A stretch of 64,000 nucleotides of DNA from an uncultured Verrucomicrobiae bacterium (GCA_963707025.1 CAVPOM010000014.1:160001-224000), one strand, 5' to 3'; counted from the first letter of the stretch, positions 1-11,241 are shown. Made by a program: numbers and translations. Notes: generated from the sequence alone by a model not told the origin.

Positions 1-1629
1 CATCTCTTCGATCACCCCGAATGTCAGCACCTCATTCGGAATATGGCGCCGCACAGGAGCCAAAAACGAATTCCTTTTCCGATAAACAGAGTAAACCCTT
101 TGCGCGCGCACAATTTCCGAATTGTGCGGAAACTCCATGGCAAGCCAGTCACAGACCCGGCCGGCAGGCCAGAGCGGCCGCAACGGCGTCAACACCAGCG
201 CCAACAGCGTGGCCGCAGTGGACAGCAGGCCGAGGATTTTCCAGCACGGCCGTCTCACCAACCCCGTCTGCCCGCGCATCCGCAAGATGGGGAGAACCAG
301 CAACGGATAGTAGGCTGCCACCAGGCGGCTCGTGGCTTCGCTGCCAGCCTTCGTCATATACACAATCAAGGCAAGCCATGCCGTGATGCCGATCCACTTG
401 CCAACCGCCCGGCGCGCCGGATCTACCACCGGCCAGCCCTTGCGCCACCGCAAAAAAACCGCCGCCAAAAGCACCGTAATACCAAGGCCCAGCCCTGAGG
501 CTTCCTCCTGGGGCAATTCTCCAAACCCCCATATAAATCGGGGGAAATCGCGTTTCAATAAATCCATCAAATGGTCGGGAGCATGGTCCGCCATCCAGCC
601 TGAGACGTTTCGCGCGTAAGGGAAAATCGGCGGTGCAACCATCCCCTCCGCCATCTGCAGGCTGTTCCCGACAATTCCCGCCAACGGCTTTTTAATTTGG
701 GCTTGCATGATGTTAGCCGGGTCGCCTCCCCAATGGCCTGTATAGATCGTGTTCAGCACCGCGCTGGGACCAAACGAGACCACGGCGCTGAACAATAGCA
801 TCACCACGCCAAAGACCAGCCGCGAACGCAGCAACCCCAGGGCGGGCCACACCGCCACGGCAATGGGAAGCAACAATGGCAAATTCAACACCTTGTCTCC
901 AGTGGCCAGCCCGGCCGCGAGAAACGCCAGACACAAATGTTCCACCCGGCCGCTCTTCCGCGCCCGGAAGGCAAAATGAATCGCCGCCAAAACATAGCAG
1001 GCCGCCAGCGCGTCATTCCCGATGCTGCCCGCCTGCATGATATAGCAGAACCCCATCGGCAGCAGCCACATCCAGGCCCAGGCCACTCGCGCCGCCACGC
1101 CCGCGCCAGCCAAGACGCTGTAGAGCAGCCCCGGCATCAGGAGAAACCCGGCGATGTTGATCAAAAACAGCAGGCGATCACTGTGAGTCAGCACCAGCAT
1201 CGGCATCATCAGCCACTCAAAGCCGACCGCGCTATAATTCATCGGCGGCACCGCGGTGTGGATCCAATGCCAGGCCGAATGATCCCACCACATCAGCACG
1301 CGCGGCAGGCGATAGGTCAGCGCGTCGTAATTGTTCGGAGCATAAAGCGCCCCTCCTAGAAAAGCCCCCAGCGCGGCCAACAGAAACAACATCGGAAAAA
1401 CCCGCCGGAAACGGCGGGCATAACGACTCCAATCCTGACGAGCCAATTTGAGCCGCCCCCCCAAGGTGCCCTGCCACCACCGCTTGCCCCAGAGCGCGAC
1501 GGCGCCACCCGTCACCCCAAAAAAAACCAAGTAACCAACCGCATTGAGTTGTCCCAGCATGGACAACGTCCAGCCTGCCAGAACGCACATCCCCTGCAAT
1601 AAAAGCCAGATTCCAATCAGATTTGACAT
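1..1629 (-). CDS. Polytopic membrane protein, GT-C/glycosyltransferase family 39-like; 3' end runs off the window
   Basis: Manual translation from ATG at 1629 (MSNLIGIWLLLQGMCVLAGW...APNNYDALTYRLPRVLMWW...QAGSIGND...) appears open to position 1; many hydrophobic segments; missing from the ORF track because there is no stop in the window. Confidence 0.65.
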   Translation of the reverse strand, partial: MSNLIGIWLLLQGMCVLAGWTLSMLGQLNAVGYLVFFGVTGGAVALWGKRWWQGTLGGRLKLARQDWSRYARRFRRVFPMLFLLAALGAFLGGALYAPNNYDALTYRLPRVLMWWDHSAWHWIHTAVPPMNYSAVGFEWLMMPMLVLTHSDRLLFLINIAGFLLMPGLLYSVLAGAGVAARVAWAWMWLLPMGFCYIMQAGSIGNDALAACYVLAAIHFAFRARKSGRVEHLCLAFLAAGLATGDKVLNLPLLLPIAVAVWPALGLLRSRLVFGVVMLLFSAVVSFGPSAVLNTIYTGHWGGDPANIMQAQIKKPLAGIVGNSLQMAEGMVAPPIFPYARNVSGWMADHAPDHLMDLLKRDFPRFIWGFGELPQEEASGLGLGITVLLAAVFLRWRKGWPVVDPARRAVGKWIGITAWLALIVYMTKAGSEATSRLVAAYYPLLVLPILRMRGQTGLVRRPCWKILGLLSTAATLLALVLTPLRPLWPAGRVCDWLAMEFPHNSEIVRAQRVYSVYRKRNSFLAPVRRHIPNEVLTFGVIEEM

Positions 1630-1661
1630 GCTCAATGCCGATAAATCAATATCGTCCCGGG

Positions 1662-3161
1662 TCACTCCTTCGATTCTCTTGCCTCCCAGATGTTGAAGGC
1701 CGGGAACACCGCCGCCAAATGAAAGCCGTGCCCGGAGATGTAGCGCGCCATCCCTCCCGCGGCGTCGAACAGGTCCGGCTTGGAGGCCACGATCATTTGT
1801 GGCGCCGGCCAGCCAGCCAGGGTCTCGGCCGGGAGATTGTTCACCAATAGCGCCTGGCCTAGAGTGGGCTGGGAATCGCTCAACGGCAGGTGGTAATACC
1901 AAGCGCCAACTTGGTCGGCATTCCACCAAACGGTCCGCCGTTCCGACAGAGCTGCCATGGCCAATTTCGACGCTCTGCGGTAGTCATCCTTGGCTTGTCC
2001 ATAGTCGAACCGGACCATCAGCGAGGAGCACAAGCTCAAGGCCAAAAAGGCCGTCACCATCGCTTTTCCCATCCAGCCAGGTTGGCCGGCCAGCGCCACC
2101 ACGCCGCTGGCCATCCAGAAAAACCAGACGACCGCCAGCGGCGCGCTGTGCCGCCCCAACAGGCGGAAGTGCATCAGCACGCCGAGCGCCGACAAAAAGA
2201 CCCACGGCAAGGCAACCGCAATTGACAGGCCGGCCATTTTTCGGGGCGATTGCCGCCAAAACTCTTTCAGCCCAAAGTACAAGATAGCCGTCAGCGCCAC
2301 CGCGTAACATGCCAGGCCCGGCAGGTACGGCAACAAAGCACGGATGCCGCCAGCCCGCAATGCCGTGCGCCCCGGTCCCAACCCGCCGAAACCAAACTGC
2401 TCATAGACGATAAACAAGGTGGTTCGCCAATCGGTTGAGGCGATAGCGGTGACGCGGGCGCCTTGCCGCACCGTCCACACATAATAACAGCCCAGCGCGG
2501 CGAGGGCGGCCGTCAACAGTATCCACCCGATCCGCCACCGCCGCCACCAGCCGAGCAATCGTTCCGCCGGGAAGAGCACCCAGGCGGCGCCCAGCGCCGC
2601 CGAGGCCCAGACCATCCCCAACATGCTGCTGGTGCAAACCGTCAACAACCCAAACACAAACACCCCAAGCCATCTTCCCTCCTTCTCTGCCGGGACGGTC
2701 ACGGAAGCCAGCCGATGGAGCGCCGCCACGACCATGCAACTGCCGCCCAATAGCATCGAATAGGCCCGCGCCTCATTGGCATAGTACCATAAAAACGCGT
2801 TGGTGGCGACGACCAGCACGCCGGCCAAACGACCCTGCCACTGGGGAAAGCTCACGGCAAAGGCCACCAGGCCCGGCACCAGCCACAGTGTTCCGGCCAG
2901 GCGCAGCGCGTATTCTCCCATCCCAAACACTTTTGCGAACGCCCAGATATAGAGGGAGTACAGCGGCATTTGCACCTCGGTCCTCCCGGACGTGGAGTTA
3001 AAATGCCACCATTGGCCAAGCGTGTGCGGGGAAGCCCCGTATGCCGTGCCCGCTTCGTCAAGCCAGAAACTGCCCGCCGTCACTGCCGCCAGCGCGAAAA
3101 GGACAAAGAAAACCGTCAATGCCCACGGTCGCAAGAACACCGGGGGAACATTGAGATTCAT
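1662..3161 (-). CDS. Glycosyltransferase family 39 (PMT_2/ArnT-like) membrane protein
   Basis: SFWLDE motif after the first TM helix, EYALRL, YYANEARAYS motif, multiple TM segments; likely start MNLNVPP at 3161 (ORF open to 3248). Confidence 0.75.
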   Translation of the reverse strand: MNLNVPPVFLRPWALTVFFVLFALAAVTAGSFWLDEAGTAYGASPHTLGQWWHFNSTSGRTEVQMPLYSLYIWAFAKVFGMGEYALRLAGTLWLVPGLVAFAVSFPQWQGRLAGVLVVATNAFLWYYANEARAYSMLLGGSCMVVAALHRLASVTVPAEKEGRWLGVFVFGLLTVCTSSMLGMVWASAALGAAWVLFPAERLLGWWRRWRIGWILLTAALAALGCYYVWTVRQGARVTAIASTDWRTTLFIVYEQFGFGGLGPGRTALRAGGIRALLPYLPGLACYAVALTAILYFGLKEFWRQSPRKMAGLSIAVALPWVFLSALGVLMHFRLLGRHSAPLAVVWFFWMASGVVALAGQPGWMGKAMVTAFLALSLCSSLMVRFDYGQAKDDYRRASKLAMAALSERRTVWWNADQVGAWYYHLPLSDSQPTLGQALLVNNLPAETLAGWPAPQMIVASKPDLFDAAGGMARYISGHGFHLAAVFPAFNIWEARESKE

Positions 3162-3261
3162 CTCCGTCGCTGAATTTATGTAGCTGTTCAGGCAGGCCTT
3201 TTCGTTTGGCCGACAGGCAATGTGAGGGTCGCGGGGGCCGGGAAGCAAGTCAAAAACAGTT

Positions 3262-4053
3262 TCAATTCAACGGGTATTTTCTCAGACCGGCCCATTGGCA
3301 AAAAATTCGGACGACAAACAACGGATTATTTTTCAAGTAACGTTTCCACAGCCGGCGCGGTTCGCAGACCAGCCGGAAAAGCCATTCCAGCCCGGACCGC
3401 CGCATCCAGCGCGGGGCCTGCCGCACCCGCCCCGCATGAAAATCAAAGGCCGCCCCGACCCCCGCCATCAAAGTCACCTCCAACTGCTCCAGATACTCGG
3501 CCATGAATCTCTCTTGCTTGGGCGTGCTCAAACCGACCCACATCACGTCCGGCCGGGCTTGCCGGATCAGTTTTTTCAATGCCTCCTGCTCCTCCGCGTT
3601 CAAAGGTCGGAACGGCGGCTGGTAAGTTCCAGCGATCTGCAGCTTGGGAAAACGTTTCCCCAACTGTTCCCGCATGGCCTCCGCCGCCCCGTCGGCCCCG
3701 CCGTAGAAAAAATGCCGGTAGCCTTTCTTCTCCGAAACCTCCAGCACCGCCAGCATCAAATCCGGCCCATAAACCCGGCCCATCTCTTTGCGCCCCTGCC
3801 ATCGCCCCACCCAGACCAGCGGCATGCCATCGGGCGTGCAAAGAAAAGCCCGGTTTAAGATCTGCCGGAAATCCTCGTCCGATTGCGCCTCCGAAACCCC
3901 ATGCACCCCCGTGACACAAATGTACCCTTTCTCCCTCCGCTCCAGCGCGCCCGCAATCGCCTCCAGCGCCAGGTCCATGTTGATCGCGCTCACCCCCACC
4001 CCCAGAACATTGACCCGCCCAATGGCAGCACCGTGGTCGCTTGAAACATTCAT
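3262..4053 (-). CDS. WecB/TagA/CpsF family glycosyltransferase (GT26)
   Basis: TPDGMPLVW, RVYGPDL, VGLSTPKQE, GVGAAFDF, APRWM...GLEWLFRL..EPRRLWKRY motifs. Confidence 0.95.
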   Translation of the reverse strand: MNVSSDHGAAIGRVNVLGVGVSAINMDLALEAIAGALERREKGYICVTGVHGVSEAQSDEDFRQILNRAFLCTPDGMPLVWVGRWQGRKEMGRVYGPDLMLAVLEVSEKKGYRHFFYGGADGAAEAMREQLGKRFPKLQIAGTYQPPFRPLNAEEQEALKKLIRQARPDVMWVGLSTPKQERFMAEYLEQLEVTLMAGVGAAFDFHAGRVRQAPRWMRRSGLEWLFRLVCEPRRLWKRYLKNNPLFVVRIFCQWAGLRKYPLN

Positions 4054-4155
4054 TTGGACGGCGCGGCCGCATTCAGATGTTTGACCGAGCGGGCCGCGTC
4101 ATACGACATCGAGTTGGGTGCCTGGAACCTTGAACACGAGCGCAACACGGCGCCC

Positions 4156-4184
4156 AAACTATTTCCTCCAAACGCCAAAGTCAA
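4156..4184 (-). promoter_or_regulatory. Putative sigma70 promoter for the WecB/TagA operon
   Basis: Minus strand TTGACT-17 bp-TAGTTT about 100 bp upstream of the 4053 start. Confidence 0.4.
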
Positions 4185-4223
4185 TGCCCGCGCGCTTTAC
4201 AAAACCCGCCGCGGGACAATACC

Positions 4224-5377
4224 ATGAGGCAAATGATGAGTTCCGCAGCCCGTTCTGATTCACCCACAGAAGCGCCGCCAAAAGAAATCTCGCTCACTTA
4301 TTCGCTGGCCGACCAATCCTTTGTCCGCACCAAGTCGGTGGGCATCTTCAACGTGTCGCTGGATCTTTTGCGGGTGCTCGCCCGGCGGCCGGAACTGCCT
4401 CGCCTGATGGTGTTGGCCAATAGTTCCGTCAGAGAAAAGCTCAAGCTGCCCGCCACCAGCCGCGCCCAGATTCACGATGTGGCGGTCCGTGGCATTCTGG
4501 GACGGATGTGGTGGGATCAGTTCGCTGCTTACGCCGCCGCGCGGCGCTCGGGCAACGAATGGCTGCTGCTCCCCAAAGGCTTTGCCTCCTTCGCCCGGCG
4601 GTGCCCGGTGCGGCTGGCTCCCCTTATCCACGATGTGGTGCAAGACCATTACGACCGCCATTATCCTGGCGAGGGGTCCAGATTTGAGGCGGCCTATTTT
4701 CGCGCCGCCTTTCGCGCCTCCCTGCGCCAGGCGGACGTAATTTTCACGCCCACCCAATTCACCAGCCGCGAAGTCGCGCGTGTGGCCCGGGAAAAAGCCT
4801 GGCCCTTCCTCCTCTGGTCTGCTGCGGCGAAGGCTTCGACCGGCCGGCCGCGCCGCCCGTCGCAGAACGCCGCGATGTCGTTGTGCTGGCCAGCCGCTTT
4901 CCACACAAGCTCACCCTCCGGGCTGTGGATTTTTTTTCGCGCTGGCGCCGGGACAATCTCTCCGGCGATTCCGTTCACTGGATCGGTTCGTTTCCGCCCC
5001 AACTGGAACTGCCCGGCCTCCCTGGATTCCGACGGCACCCGCGCCTGGCGGAAACAGAATTCCGCGAGCTGATGGGCCGCGCGCGCGTCGTCCTCTTTTT
5101 CTCCGAATACGAGGGCTTCGGACGCCCGCCCGTCGAAGCGGTTCTGGCGGGGGCGTGTCCTGTTTATTCCGACATTCCCGCCACACGCGAAGTGATGAGC
5201 GGTTGCGGTTTCCCGTTCGACAATGCCGACTACCAGAGTTTCGCCGCGGCGCTCCGCCAGGCGCTGGCCGCCGCTCCGGCACAACTCCGGGTTTGGGCCG
5301 ATGAGTTGCTGGCCCTCCACAATTGGGACGCGGTCGCTGGTCGCATTGTTGTCGCGTTGAGCCAGCGTCGTCTCTAA
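4224..5377 (+). CDS. GT4 glycosyltransferase, split by one apparent frameshift at ~4803-4806
   Basis: N-half (IHDVV...ADVIFTPTQF) and C-half (SEYEGFGRPPVEA, VYSDIP) join if one C is added in TGG CCC(C)TT CCT CCT CTG GTC TGC TGC GGC GAA GGC. Confidence 0.8.
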
Positions 5378-5474
5378 ATCCCGGCCTTTCTCTTTCTTCC
5401 TCCACTTTGCGTCTCAGTCCTCCCCTTCCTCCTTGACGCGTTGGAATTCCCCATTATCTTCGCCAGACCACTTC

Positions 5475-6728
5475 ATGAAACCGATCCAATCCATTTCCGT
5501 CTTCGGTCTGGGCAAGCTCGGCGCCTGCATGGCCGCCACCTTCGCCGCCAGGGGTTTTCCAGTGCTTGGGGTTGATGTTGATCCCGCCAAAATCCAGAAA
5601 ATCAACGCCGGCCTTCCTCCCGTCGCGGAACCGCTCCTGGCGGAGACCATCACCGCCGGTCACGCCCGCCTTCGCGCCACCGACGACGTCCGCCAGGCCG
5701 CCGCCACCGACGTTTCCTTTTTCATCCCCCCTTCCCCCAGTTTGCCCGATGGCAGCTTTTCCAACGAATTGCTCCTGCGCGCCATGCAATCGGCCGCCCA
5801 GGCCGTGCGCCAGGCCGGCAAAAAACAACACCTCTTTGTCTGTAGCTCCACCACCACCCCCGGCGCCATGAATTCGGTCCTGATCCCGATGCTCGAAAAA
5901 GAAACCGGCGGGGTTTGCGGAAAGGATTTTGGCGTCTGTTACAATCCCGAATTCATCGCCTTGGGCAACGTCGTCAACGGCCTGCTCGAACCCGACCTGG
6001 TCCTCATCGGCGAATCCGACCCGGCCAGCGGCGCCGCGTTGGCGGAACTTTACAGAAAATACAACCGCAACCAGCCCAAAATCGCCCGCATGTCCATCAT
6101 CAGCGCGGAACTCACCAAAATCTCCGTCAACAGTTACATCACCATGAAGATCAGCTTTACCAACCAGTTGCGGTTGATCGCTGACAAACTTCCCAAAGCC
6201 GACATCCACGACATCCTCGCTGCCATCGGCAGCGACAGCCGCATCGGCAACAAATACCTGCGCGCCGGCCTCAGTTATGGCGGTCCCTGCTTCCCGCGCG
6301 ACAATCGTCTGCTCGCCTTCACCGCCCGCCAATTGGGACTGACCGCCCCGCTGGCCGAAGCCTCTGACCTTGTCAATGAAAAGACCAAAGAATCCTTGGT
6401 GGAAACCGTCAAGGCCCTCACCCAACCCGGAGACACCGTCGCCGTTTTGGGCCTGGCCTACAAGCCCGACACCTATATCGTCGAGGAATCAGCCGGGCTC
6501 CACCTGGCCCAACACCTCCAGCGCCAGGGCCGCCGGGTGCTTGTCCATGACTACGCCGCCGCGCCTGCCAACAGTCCCAGCCTGTTCGAGTTTGAAATCC
6601 TTGACCAGCCGGAGTCGTTGCCGGAACGCGGCGACGTCAAGGTGGCCGTGCTCTGCTGCCCCTGGCCGGGGTACAAGGCCCTCCAGTTTCATCCCCACAC
6701 CAAGGTCATTGCCCCCTGGAAAATCTAA
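5475..6728 (+). CDS. UDP-glucose/GDP-mannose dehydrogenase family protein
   Basis: GLGKLG NAD-binding motif, YNPEF, ELTKISVN, GLSYGGPCFPRD with catalytic Cys, LGLAYKPDT. Confidence 0.92.
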   Translation: MKPIQSISVFGLGKLGACMAATFAARGFPVLGVDVDPAKIQKINAGLPPVAEPLLAETITAGHARLRATDDVRQAAATDVSFFIPPSPSLPDGSFSNELLLRAMQSAAQAVRQAGKKQHLFVCSSTTTPGAMNSVLIPMLEKETGGVCGKDFGVCYNPEFIALGNVVNGLLEPDLVLIGESDPASGAALAELYRKYNRNQPKIARMSIISAELTKISVNSYITMKISFTNQLRLIADKLPKADIHDILAAIGSDSRIGNKYLRAGLSYGGPCFPRDNRLLAFTARQLGLTAPLAEASDLVNEKTKESLVETVKALTQPGDTVAVLGLAYKPDTYIVEESAGLHLAQHLQRQGRRVLVHDYAAAPANSPSLFEFEILDQPESLPERGDVKVAVLCCPWPGYKALQFHPHTKVIAPWKI

Positions 6729-6796
6729 AGGTATTGGATTGCCCCTCAGGAGCATCTCCCTTATACCATTCTTCAAACATCGGACTGAGATCAACC

Positions 6797-7525
6797 GTGG
6801 ACATCCAACAAGCTCATCAGAACTGGACAGAACTGGGCAAGGACGATCCCATGTGGGTCGTGCTGACCGTTCCCGAAAAAAAGGGCGGCAAATGGACGGC
6901 CGAAGAGTTCTTTCAAGATGGCCGCGAAGAAATCCGGCGGGTGGTAAAAGAACTGGAGGATGCAGGCATTGCATTTCAACCGGGAAAGGCCCTGGATTTC
7001 GGTTGCGGGCTGGGCCGCCTCACCCAGGCACTGGCCAATTATTTCTCATCGGTTGATGGCGTTGACATCTCCGCCTCGATGATCGAAAAAGCCCGCGCCT
7101 TCAACCAGGCCCCCGAAAAGGTTCGTTATCACCTCAATCTCAAGGCCGACTTGAGCGCGTTTCCATCGGCCACTTATGACTTCATCTACACGCGTATATG
7201 CCTCCAGCACATTCCCGCCCAATACCAACTGAGCTATATCTCCGAGTTCATGCGCCTGCTCAAGCCGGGTGGCGTCGCCCATTTTCAAACCATCCACGCC
7301 CGCGGCCTTCGCGCCCTGGTTCCCAATTGGTTCACCGAGGTTTACCGCAAGTTCAAATACCGGGGCAAACCGTTTATTCCGATGTATGGCGTGTCCGCCC
7401 GGCTCGTTTTGCACGCCATCAAAGCCGGAGGCGCCGTCCTCAAAAGGCATGAACCATCCCCCTACGAAGGATGGGAAAACCGATTCCGCAACGACAACTT
7501 CGTGGTTGTCAAACAAACTTCCTGA
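6797..7525 (+). CDS. Class I SAM-dependent methyltransferase
   Basis: ALDFGCGLGRL, GVDISASM, LQHIP, RLLKPGG; probable GTG start at 6797. Confidence 0.9.
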   Translation: MDIQQAHQNWTELGKDDPMWVVLTVPEKKGGKWTAEEFFQDGREEIRRVVKELEDAGIAFQPGKALDFGCGLGRLTQALANYFSSVDGVDISASMIEKARAFNQAPEKVRYHLNLKADLSAFPSATYDFIYTRICLQHIPAQYQLSYISEFMRLLKPGGVAHFQTIHARGLRALVPNWFTEVYRKFKYRGKPFIPMYGVSARLVLHAIKAGGAVLKRHEPSPYEGWENRFRNDNFVVVKQTS

Positions 7526-7541
7526 GTCTTTTCAGAACCTG

Positions 7542-8402
7542 CTACAGGTTGTCCACCCCGCTGTTGGAAGAAAAGCGCGCCCGTTCGTGCATGTGTTTCC
7601 GCAGCAGCCACCGCCCGGGGATGACGTCGCATTTCCCCCGGTGATAAAGCTTTTGCCACTGCCGCTTGGCCCGGTAACAATTGGCCAGAACCCGGCCCCA
7701 AGCCCCGCCGGGAAAGCCATGTTCCTTGCGAATTTGCAGCGATTCCTTCTGCATATTCCTCTTGACCCGCACATCCGCCGATTGCCCCATCTCATGGAAT
7801 CTATAGTCCACCAGCAACGCCCGCACATGCCCCACCCGGCACCCTTCCCGTCCCAGCCTTAAAATAAACTCGTAGTCGCAAACGTTCTTAAAATCCTTGT
7901 GGCGATACCCTCCCAGCCGGTCATAAACCGTCTTGCGCACAAAAAGAGTATGATGGCAGATATAGTCGTGCCAGTAGCGCAGAACATTGTAATCATACAA
8001 CGCTTCTTCGCGCCGGTAAATTTCCTTTCTCTGGCCATCCACATAAACAACGTCCCCGAACGACGCATCCCATTCCGGGTGCGCTGCGTAAGCCGCCACC
8101 ACGCTCTGGAATGCTCCCGGACGAAAACAATCATCCGCGTTTAAAATGACGATCAACTCTCCCGTGGCCACAGCGATGCCTTTATTCATGGCGTCGTAAT
8201 GGCCCTCGTCCTTGCCGGAAGTCCATAGCAAGTGCGGATATTCCTTCACAATCTCCAGCGTGCCGTCCGTCGAACCGCCGTCCATCACGATGTGTTCTAC
8301 CCCGGGGTAGTGTTGTTGCAGGACACTTTGGATCGTCTCGCGGATGGTGCTGGCGCTGTTGAAACAGGGGGTGATGACAGAAATGCGCAGCGGCTTTGAC
8401 AT
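7542..8402 (-). CDS. GT2 glycosyltransferase (WfgS-like)
   Basis: ISVITPCFN, MDGGSTDGT, DEGHYDAMNKG, LNADD. Confidence 0.92.
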   Translation of the reverse strand: MSKPLRISVITPCFNSASTIRETIQSVLQQHYPGVEHIVMDGGSTDGTLEIVKEYPHLLWTSGKDEGHYDAMNKGIAVATGELIVILNADDCFRPGAFQSVVAAYAAHPEWDASFGDVVYVDGQRKEIYRREEALYDYNVLRYWHDYICHHTLFVRKTVYDRLGGYRHKDFKNVCDYEFILRLGREGCRVGHVRALLVDYRFHEMGQSADVRVKRNMQKESLQIRKEHGFPGGAWGRVLANCYRAKRQWQKLYHRGKCDVIPGRWLLRKHMHERARFSSNSGVDNL

Positions 8403-8406
8403 GGCA

Positions 8407-9927
8407 TCAGGCCTGGACCGGCAGCGGAGCTCCCATCGCCACAGGCTGGGCCGCCCTGGCCGGGACTTGCCCCGGTTTGCGCACTCCCCCGTTAATCGAG
8501 ACACTCATGCCGAGAATCCCTGTGAAAAGGCAAAGCTGGGAGTTGAACGCGCCAAAAACCCCGAAGTAGAAAATAATTTGCGTGATAAAAAAAGCCAGAA
8601 AAAAAGCATTGATGTTCTGAAGCGCAGGATCGCCATAACGATAATTCCGATAAAGCGCCCTTGCGCCGGCTCCCAGCAGCCACAGAAAAGCGATCGCCCC
8701 CCCAAGCCCGATCGGGATAATGGTCGAAAGCGGCCCGCTATGGTAATCGCCGGCCACCACCTCAGTCTGGCCCGCCGCGCCCTCCGCCCCTCCTCCCAGG
8801 ACTGCAAAGTAGAGCTCCGTCGGATCAATGGCGTAACCCTTCCCCAACACCAAATACTTTGGAATAAGGGGCACCAAAACCCGCCACATCTCCAGCCTCC
8901 ATTCCACCGACCCTTGCGCATCAGCCTGAACCCCGGCATCCACCTTGACCGGCAGAAAACTCACGGCCCGTTGCGCCGCCAGTGGCAAATGATCGGAGAA
9001 AGCAAATACCATGACCCCGGCCGCCACTCCAAACCCCAGCAGTATCGGCAGAAAACGGGTGCGCCACAGCCCTTCAACGCAAAACTGGCAAAAACAAAGG
9101 AGTCCAATCATTATCTCGGCTGAACGAAAGCCGCCCAGCAAACTCAAGAGAACCGTCGCAACGAAAATTACTATCCGCCAAGGTCGAGCTAATGAAAAAA
9201 TCCCCCGCATCCCCCACCGCACTAAAAAGTAGCAGATCAGAGCATTACAGGCCCCGCTGACCCCGCTAAGCCGCTCAATCACCCCCGGCTGCCTTCCAGA
9301 CTCAGCGATTGCCTGGGCCCCTACGAACTCACCCGGCAATAAATAAAACAAAAAATAAAACGCCGGCCCTAACATAAAGGCGAGGTTGCTCAAGGCGAAT
9401 GTCATTCCCGAAAGAAAGTATATGCGGGCGGCGCGGCTGGCCTTGGCCACCGGAATTCGCACCGCCGAAAGCGCAAAGTAACCAATAATGGCGCCAAAAA
9501 TGTAAAAATAACTTTTTCCTCCAAAACTGGCGTTCCCGAACGCCTGGACCCCTATGCCGCCCCGCAAGTACCCCGTCACCAAGACGATGCCACCCAGGAA
9601 AAGCAGCGGCCAAGTCAGTTCCGGCGCGCGCAGAAACTTCCTTCCCCCCAACAGGCCGTTGAGCCATGAAAAGCCAAAGCTCAACACCGCCATCAGCAGC
9701 CAGAAGTGCGGCCGTCCCGGGAGAAAGGGAAAATTGAAAGCCGCATTCCAACAAAAAATCAGCAAAATATGGTGCCACTGAATGAAGATGGGCAGCGCCA
9801 GAACGAACAAAAACATACCCACCATCACCAAGCTCATCCGGTCCGGCGTGGAAAGGGCATATCCCAAAACCAGCGCCAGGGGGATGGCGATGGCATAAAC
9901 CGTTAAAATTCGGGGCAGTCCAAACAT
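8407..9927 (-). CDS. O-antigen ligase/polymerase (Wzy-like) membrane protein
   Basis: About 12 hydrophobic segments, GGFRS, SVEWRLEMW, LGKGY, YHSG motif; located among glycosyltransferases. Confidence 0.75.
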   Translation of the reverse strand: MFGLPRILTVYAIAIPLALVLGYALSTPDRMSLVMVGMFLFVLALPIFIQWHHILLIFCWNAAFNFPFLPGRPHFWLLMAVLSFGFSWLNGLLGGRKFLRAPELTWPLLFLGGIVLVTGYLRGGIGVQAFGNASFGGKSYFYIFGAIIGYFALSAVRIPVAKASRAARIYFLSGMTFALSNLAFMLGPAFYFLFYLLPGEFVGAQAIAESGRQPGVIERLSGVSGACNALICYFLVRWGMRGIFSLARPWRIVIFVATVLLSLLGGFRSAEIMIGLLCFCQFCVEGLWRTRFLPILLGFGVAAGVMVFAFSDHLPLAAQRAVSFLPVKVDAGVQADAQGSVEWRLEMWRVLVPLIPKYLVLGKGYAIDPTELYFAVLGGGAEGAAGQTEVVAGDYHSGPLSTIIPIGLGGAIAFLWLLGAGARALYRNYRYGDPALQNINAFFLAFFITQIIFYFGVFGAFNSQLCLFTGILGMSVSINGGVRKPGQVPARAAQPVAMGAPLPVQA

Positions 9928-10089
9928 TCTATCTACCTGAAACCCAGCTTAGCTGAAGCATCCTTCCTGCCGCAACCCTAATTCTGAGTTTTTAATCCCG
10001 CCATGACGCAGGCCCATCCGGGCAGGCCTTGGTTGAGATGTATGACCCGATCTTTCGCTAAATAACTGCCCCGATTCCGGAAGAAAAGA

Positions 10090-11241
10090 TCACGGGGAAC
10101 TATTGAGCACTTCGCGGTAGATTCCCATGTGGCGCCGGGCCACCACCTCGGGATGATACCGCTCCCGCATCTGCCGGGCCGCCTGCGTTGGTTTTGGACA
10201 TCCAACAGAGAGCCATTGGAACACAGCCTCTTCCAACCCAGCCAGATCGCCATGCTTGAACAGTTCGGCTCCCTCAGTTCCAGCAGCGATGTCCACCACT
10301 CCACCCACCTTCGTCCCAAAAAACTTAAGATTCCGTGCCAGACCTTCTGCCACCACCAAACCAAAGGCTTCCTCGGCTGGGGCGTGGATCAGCCCCGAGG
10401 CCGAGTCCATCAGTTCAATTATTTCACCTTCCGATTTCTGCCCCAAGTAAAGGGCGTAGTCCTCTTTCTCCGCCTCCTTGATCCGCTCCTTGAAACCTCG
10501 GACATAGGCGACGCTCTCATCCAACTTGCCGATAAAATGAAGCTTAAAGCTTCCGTGCCGCTGGCGCAGCCGTGCCGCCACTTCCAGTATTTCGATCTGT
10601 GACTTGTTTGGACCAATCACGCCAATGTTTAACAGGATTGGGGGAAGGGACGGTTGCAAGACATTCGGAGTCCGGAAAAAACTGCCGCGCACAGCATTTG
10701 GAACCAGCCACGTCGCAGCCGCCAGGGCCTTGACCAAGCGTTGCGTGTGATCACTGTTGCAGAGCACGCCCTTGGTTCTCGGCAAGGCAAACTGTTCCAA
10801 GTGCGCCGCTATCCAATCGAACGAAAACGGACGCGCCCGGCTGATTTTAGCCAACTGCCGCATGTTGCCGTGGATCGTCAAGACATTGGGGAAGCCCGAA
10901 AAGACTGCGGCGAGCGCGCAATAACGCTCTGTCCCCTGTCCATGCACCACATCCGGCATGATTTCCCTCAGTTTCTTCCTGATCGTGCGAACACATCCCA
11001 GGTAGGCTCCGCGCATCCATCCCCACTTCGGGACAATCACCGAATGATAATAGATGTTGTCAGCCAGTTGCGGTGGGGATCGCAGAGGCTTTTGGCTGGC
11101 ACAAACAATATGAACCTCACATTCTGGCATTCCGGCCAGGCCCTCCAGCAGGGCTGCCACCGCCGGGCCAAAACAGGGATCAGGGTCCGAGTACCGCCGA
11201 AACTCATCCCGGCTGTCCGGCGCCAGCATCGCTATTCTCAT
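10090..11241 (-). CDS. GT4 glycosyltransferase
   Basis: PDVVHGQG, TIHG, VPNAV, EEAFGLVVAEG, GTKVGG. Confidence 0.92.
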   Translation of the reverse strand: MRIAMLAPDSRDEFRRYSDPDPCFGPAVAALLEGLAGMPECEVHIVCASQKPLRSPPQLADNIYYHSVIVPKWGWMRGAYLGCVRTIRKKLREIMPDVVHGQGTERYCALAAVFSGFPNVLTIHGNMRQLAKISRARPFSFDWIAAHLEQFALPRTKGVLCNSDHTQRLVKALAAATWLVPNAVRGSFFRTPNVLQPSLPPILLNIGVIGPNKSQIEILEVAARLRQRHGSFKLHFIGKLDESVAYVRGFKERIKEAEKEDYALYLGQKSEGEIIELMDSASGLIHAPAEEAFGLVVAEGLARNLKFFGTKVGGVVDIAAGTEGAELFKHGDLAGLEEAVFQWLSVGCPKPTQAARQMRERYHPEVVARRHMGIYREVLNSSP